Assembly: GCF_000011005.1 (NCBI RefSeq)
Contig: NC_013665.1
Location: 1,265,437-1,289,436, forward strand
Direction: 5' to 3'
Length of the DNA: 24,000 bases
Source of the DNA: Methanocella paludicola SANAE
GTDB taxonomy: Archaea > Halobacteriota > Methanocellia > Methanocellales > Methanocellaceae
Both the position numbers and the translations under genes were made by a program. The notes under the pieces were generated by a model that was not told the origin of the DNA, ran no database searches, and saw only the letters and a program-made list of their open reading frames with translations. The number at the start of each line of letters is the position of its first letter. Position 1 is the stretch's first letter. Positions 22,441 to 24,000 of the stretch are shown here, piece by piece.

Positions 22441-23280
22441 TCATTGTCTGAAGAAATCGTCCAGCTTATCGGGCTGGATGCCGTGCTCGATCTTTTTTCG
22501 TTCCTTCCTTATTTCGGGGCTGATGTACGAGTATTTCTCCGGTAGCCTGCCTTTTGCATACCTCTTATTTCGCCTATTCTCTACGTTCTGGGAATCGTAA
22601 AACGTATCCCAGATCTCGCTGTCGGTATCGGGGATATCGCCCAGCAGGCGCTCCGCTTCCTCTTTTGTGACATTGGCGATCTCAGCACGATACCCGAGGG
22701 CGCGGGCATTAAGTATGTAATACTCGGCGTGGCACCTGACCACGATGATGCGGTCCCCGTTCCTGCGCATCGCCCACTCCATGAACAGGTCCTTTATGTC
22801 ATGCTTCGGGTTAACCTCGACATATAACATATCCCCGGTCGCTCGAAAGCGGCAATATGCCTTGAGCCGCTCCAGCTCGCCGCAGGTTTCCCGCTGGAGA
22901 CGAAAGTACTTCTTTGCGGTCGCATCTTTGTGGGCCAGGATGGCCATGAAGTTGGGGTAATATCGGGCGATGAGGCGCACGAGCTCGTCGGGTATGCACT
23001 GGTCATTGCGAAGCGCATAGGTCAAGTATGAGCCCAGCGATAGACCCCGCTGCATCGGGCTACAGGAAGGGAACCTTACCCATAGCTCGGCCTTTGCATG
23101 GAAGGGCACGTCCTTGACGACCTCGTCCACGTTCAGCACGATCTCCCCGTGGTACATGGCCAGCTTTTGCTTTAGCTCCCGGGCGTTCGCGCCGCACACC
23201 ATCGTCGCGTCAGGGTTCTTCTTGAGCGCCACCGCTGCCCTCAAAACGCCATCCAGGTCTTTTTTGTAGCCGATTATCAA
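22441..23280 (-). CDS. TIGR03915-type 'probable DNA metabolism protein' (DUF4130), partner of the radical SAM protein, without a UDG domain
   Basis: The N-terminus 'IIGYKKDLDGVLRAAV' and the core 'LKAYCRFRATGDMLYVEVNPKHDIKDLFMEWAMRRNGDRIIVVRC' fit the DUF4130 pattern (..RF....ly..i.P.h.i......hf..R.....w.I.d). The TTG start at 23280 overlaps the upstream stop by 4 nt (TTGA). Confidence 0.75.
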   Translation of the reverse strand: MIIGYKKDLDGVLRAAVALKKNPDATMVCGANARELKQKLAMYHGEIVLNVDEVVKDVPFHAKAELWVRFPSCSPMQRGLSLGSYLTYALRNDQCIPDELVRLIARYYPNFMAILAHKDATAKKYFRLQRETCGELERLKAYCRFRATGDMLYVEVNPKHDIKDLFMEWAMRRNGDRIIVVRCHAEYYILNARALGYRAEIANVTKEEAERLLGDIPDTDSEIWDTFYDSQNVENRRNKRYAKGRLPEKYSYISPEIRKERKKIEHGIQPDKLDDFFRQ

Positions 23281-24000
23281 GCGAACACCTCCAGCCTCGA
23301 CTGCACCTTGTTCTTCACCTTGATGAACGGCCGTGCCCTCTTCAGTACCACGCCGATGTTGGAAAGCTCCGCATAATCGTCGATGGGGCGGCTCCGGATG
23401 ATACGGTGGGCGGTCGTGGGGCCGATGCCCGGGACTTTGATGAGATCCTCGAAAGGTGCCAGGTTTATGTCTACCGGGAAGAAGTCCTTGTTACAGTGGG
23501 CCAGCATCAGCTTGGGGTCGCCGTCGGGCAGGAACCCCTCGTCGTCCAGCACGATGTCAAGGTCTTTTGCCTTGAGGCCGTAGTCCTTTAGTAAATATGA
23601 TATCTGGTATAGCCTGATCTCGCGCCACGCAGGCGATGGCCGGTTCGACGAGAGCGGCGTGCCGGGTACGGGGTCGAAGCTCATGAAATAGGGCCGCCTC
23701 AGGCCGTAGTCAGCCTTAAAGCGGTCGATGGTGTGGATTATTTCTTTGTCGGGCTCATTTGAGGCCCCCACCACGAACTGGGTATCGTTAGCGCCTACGA
23801 TGCCCTCGCCATAGCGGACCTCCTTACGCCGTTTAAGCACGAACTCGTGGGTCCACTTCATTCGATCTAATATATCGTGCTTGTAGTCGAAGTTGGGGCA
23901 TATCTCGTCGTACCGGGACTCACAGGTCGTCTCGGCGTTCACGCCGAACTTGTTAGCGTAAAGCGACACTTCACGGAGCATATCTCTCGGGACGCCCGGC
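23277..24000 (-). CDS. Putative DNA modification/repair radical SAM protein (TIGR03916-type), C-terminal part only; the N-terminus lies beyond the window
   Basis: The frame stays open to the window end ('..PGVPRDMLREVSLYANKFGVNAE..'), so the CxxxCxxC core is not visible. The C-terminal helix-hairpin-helix is 'LIKVPGIGPTTAHRIIRSRP'. The assignment rests on this and on the coupled DUF4130 partner. Confidence 0.7.
   Translation of the reverse strand, partial: PGVPRDMLREVSLYANKFGVNAETTCESRYDEICPNFDYKHDILDRMKWTHEFVLKRRKEVRYGEGIVGANDTQFVVGASNEPDKEIIHTIDRFKADYGLRRPYFMSFDPVPGTPLSSNRPSPAWREIRLYQISYLLKDYGLKAKDLDIVLDDEGFLPDGDPKLMLAHCNKDFFPVDINLAPFEDLIKVPGIGPTTAHRIIRSRPIDDYAELSNIGVVLKRARPFIKVKNKVQSRLEVFA

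Overview
This window looks like an archaeal, methanogen-like chromosomal segment with GC-moderate genes and AT-rich spacers. The lineage call rests on cofE (F420 biosynthesis), a TBP-derived sequence, BRE/TATA-like promoters, GGTGAT-type Shine-Dalgarno boxes and three soluble multi-PAS histidine kinases with a 'YLDLMGHDINN' H-box. A Methanomicrobia or Methanocella-like origin is inference only.

Gene order:
- a 5'-truncated membrane-tethered wHTH protein
- a secreted N/Y-rich protein
- a CPBP intramembrane protease
- an MBL-fold (persulfide-dioxygenase-like) double-rhodanese protein, convergent with a split YeeE/YedE pair
- a CPBP gene fragment
- a subtilisin-like S8 protease
- a small cupredoxin
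- a scar region holding a frameshifted C-terminal half of a TBP gene abutted to a relic of a small HTH-like ORF
- three paralogous PAS histidine kinases
- a coupled 167-aa + 40-aa ORF pair
- a TVP38/TMEM64 membrane protein
- cysS
- a 498-bp foldback element with a 6-bp target-site-like duplication
- a small membrane-anchored protein
- a TPR protein with an unknown C-terminal domain
- a tightly packed 106/47/51-aa ORF string
- cofE
- a second ~337-bp foldback repeat
- a 55-aa signal-peptide-like ORF
- the TIGR03915 (DUF4130) / TIGR03916 (radical SAM, HhH) putative DNA modification/repair pair, whose radical SAM gene runs off the window

I saw no tRNA, rRNA or CRISPR array.

The most notable observations are:
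- the two whole-length palindromic intergenic elements
- the TBP half-gene relic
- a small-ORF-plus-kinase cassette present twice
- the tandem small ORFs with a shared C-terminal motif
- the sulfur-trafficking module with a degenerate metal motif

All family assignments come from motifs read by eye. No database search, HMM or folding computation was run.
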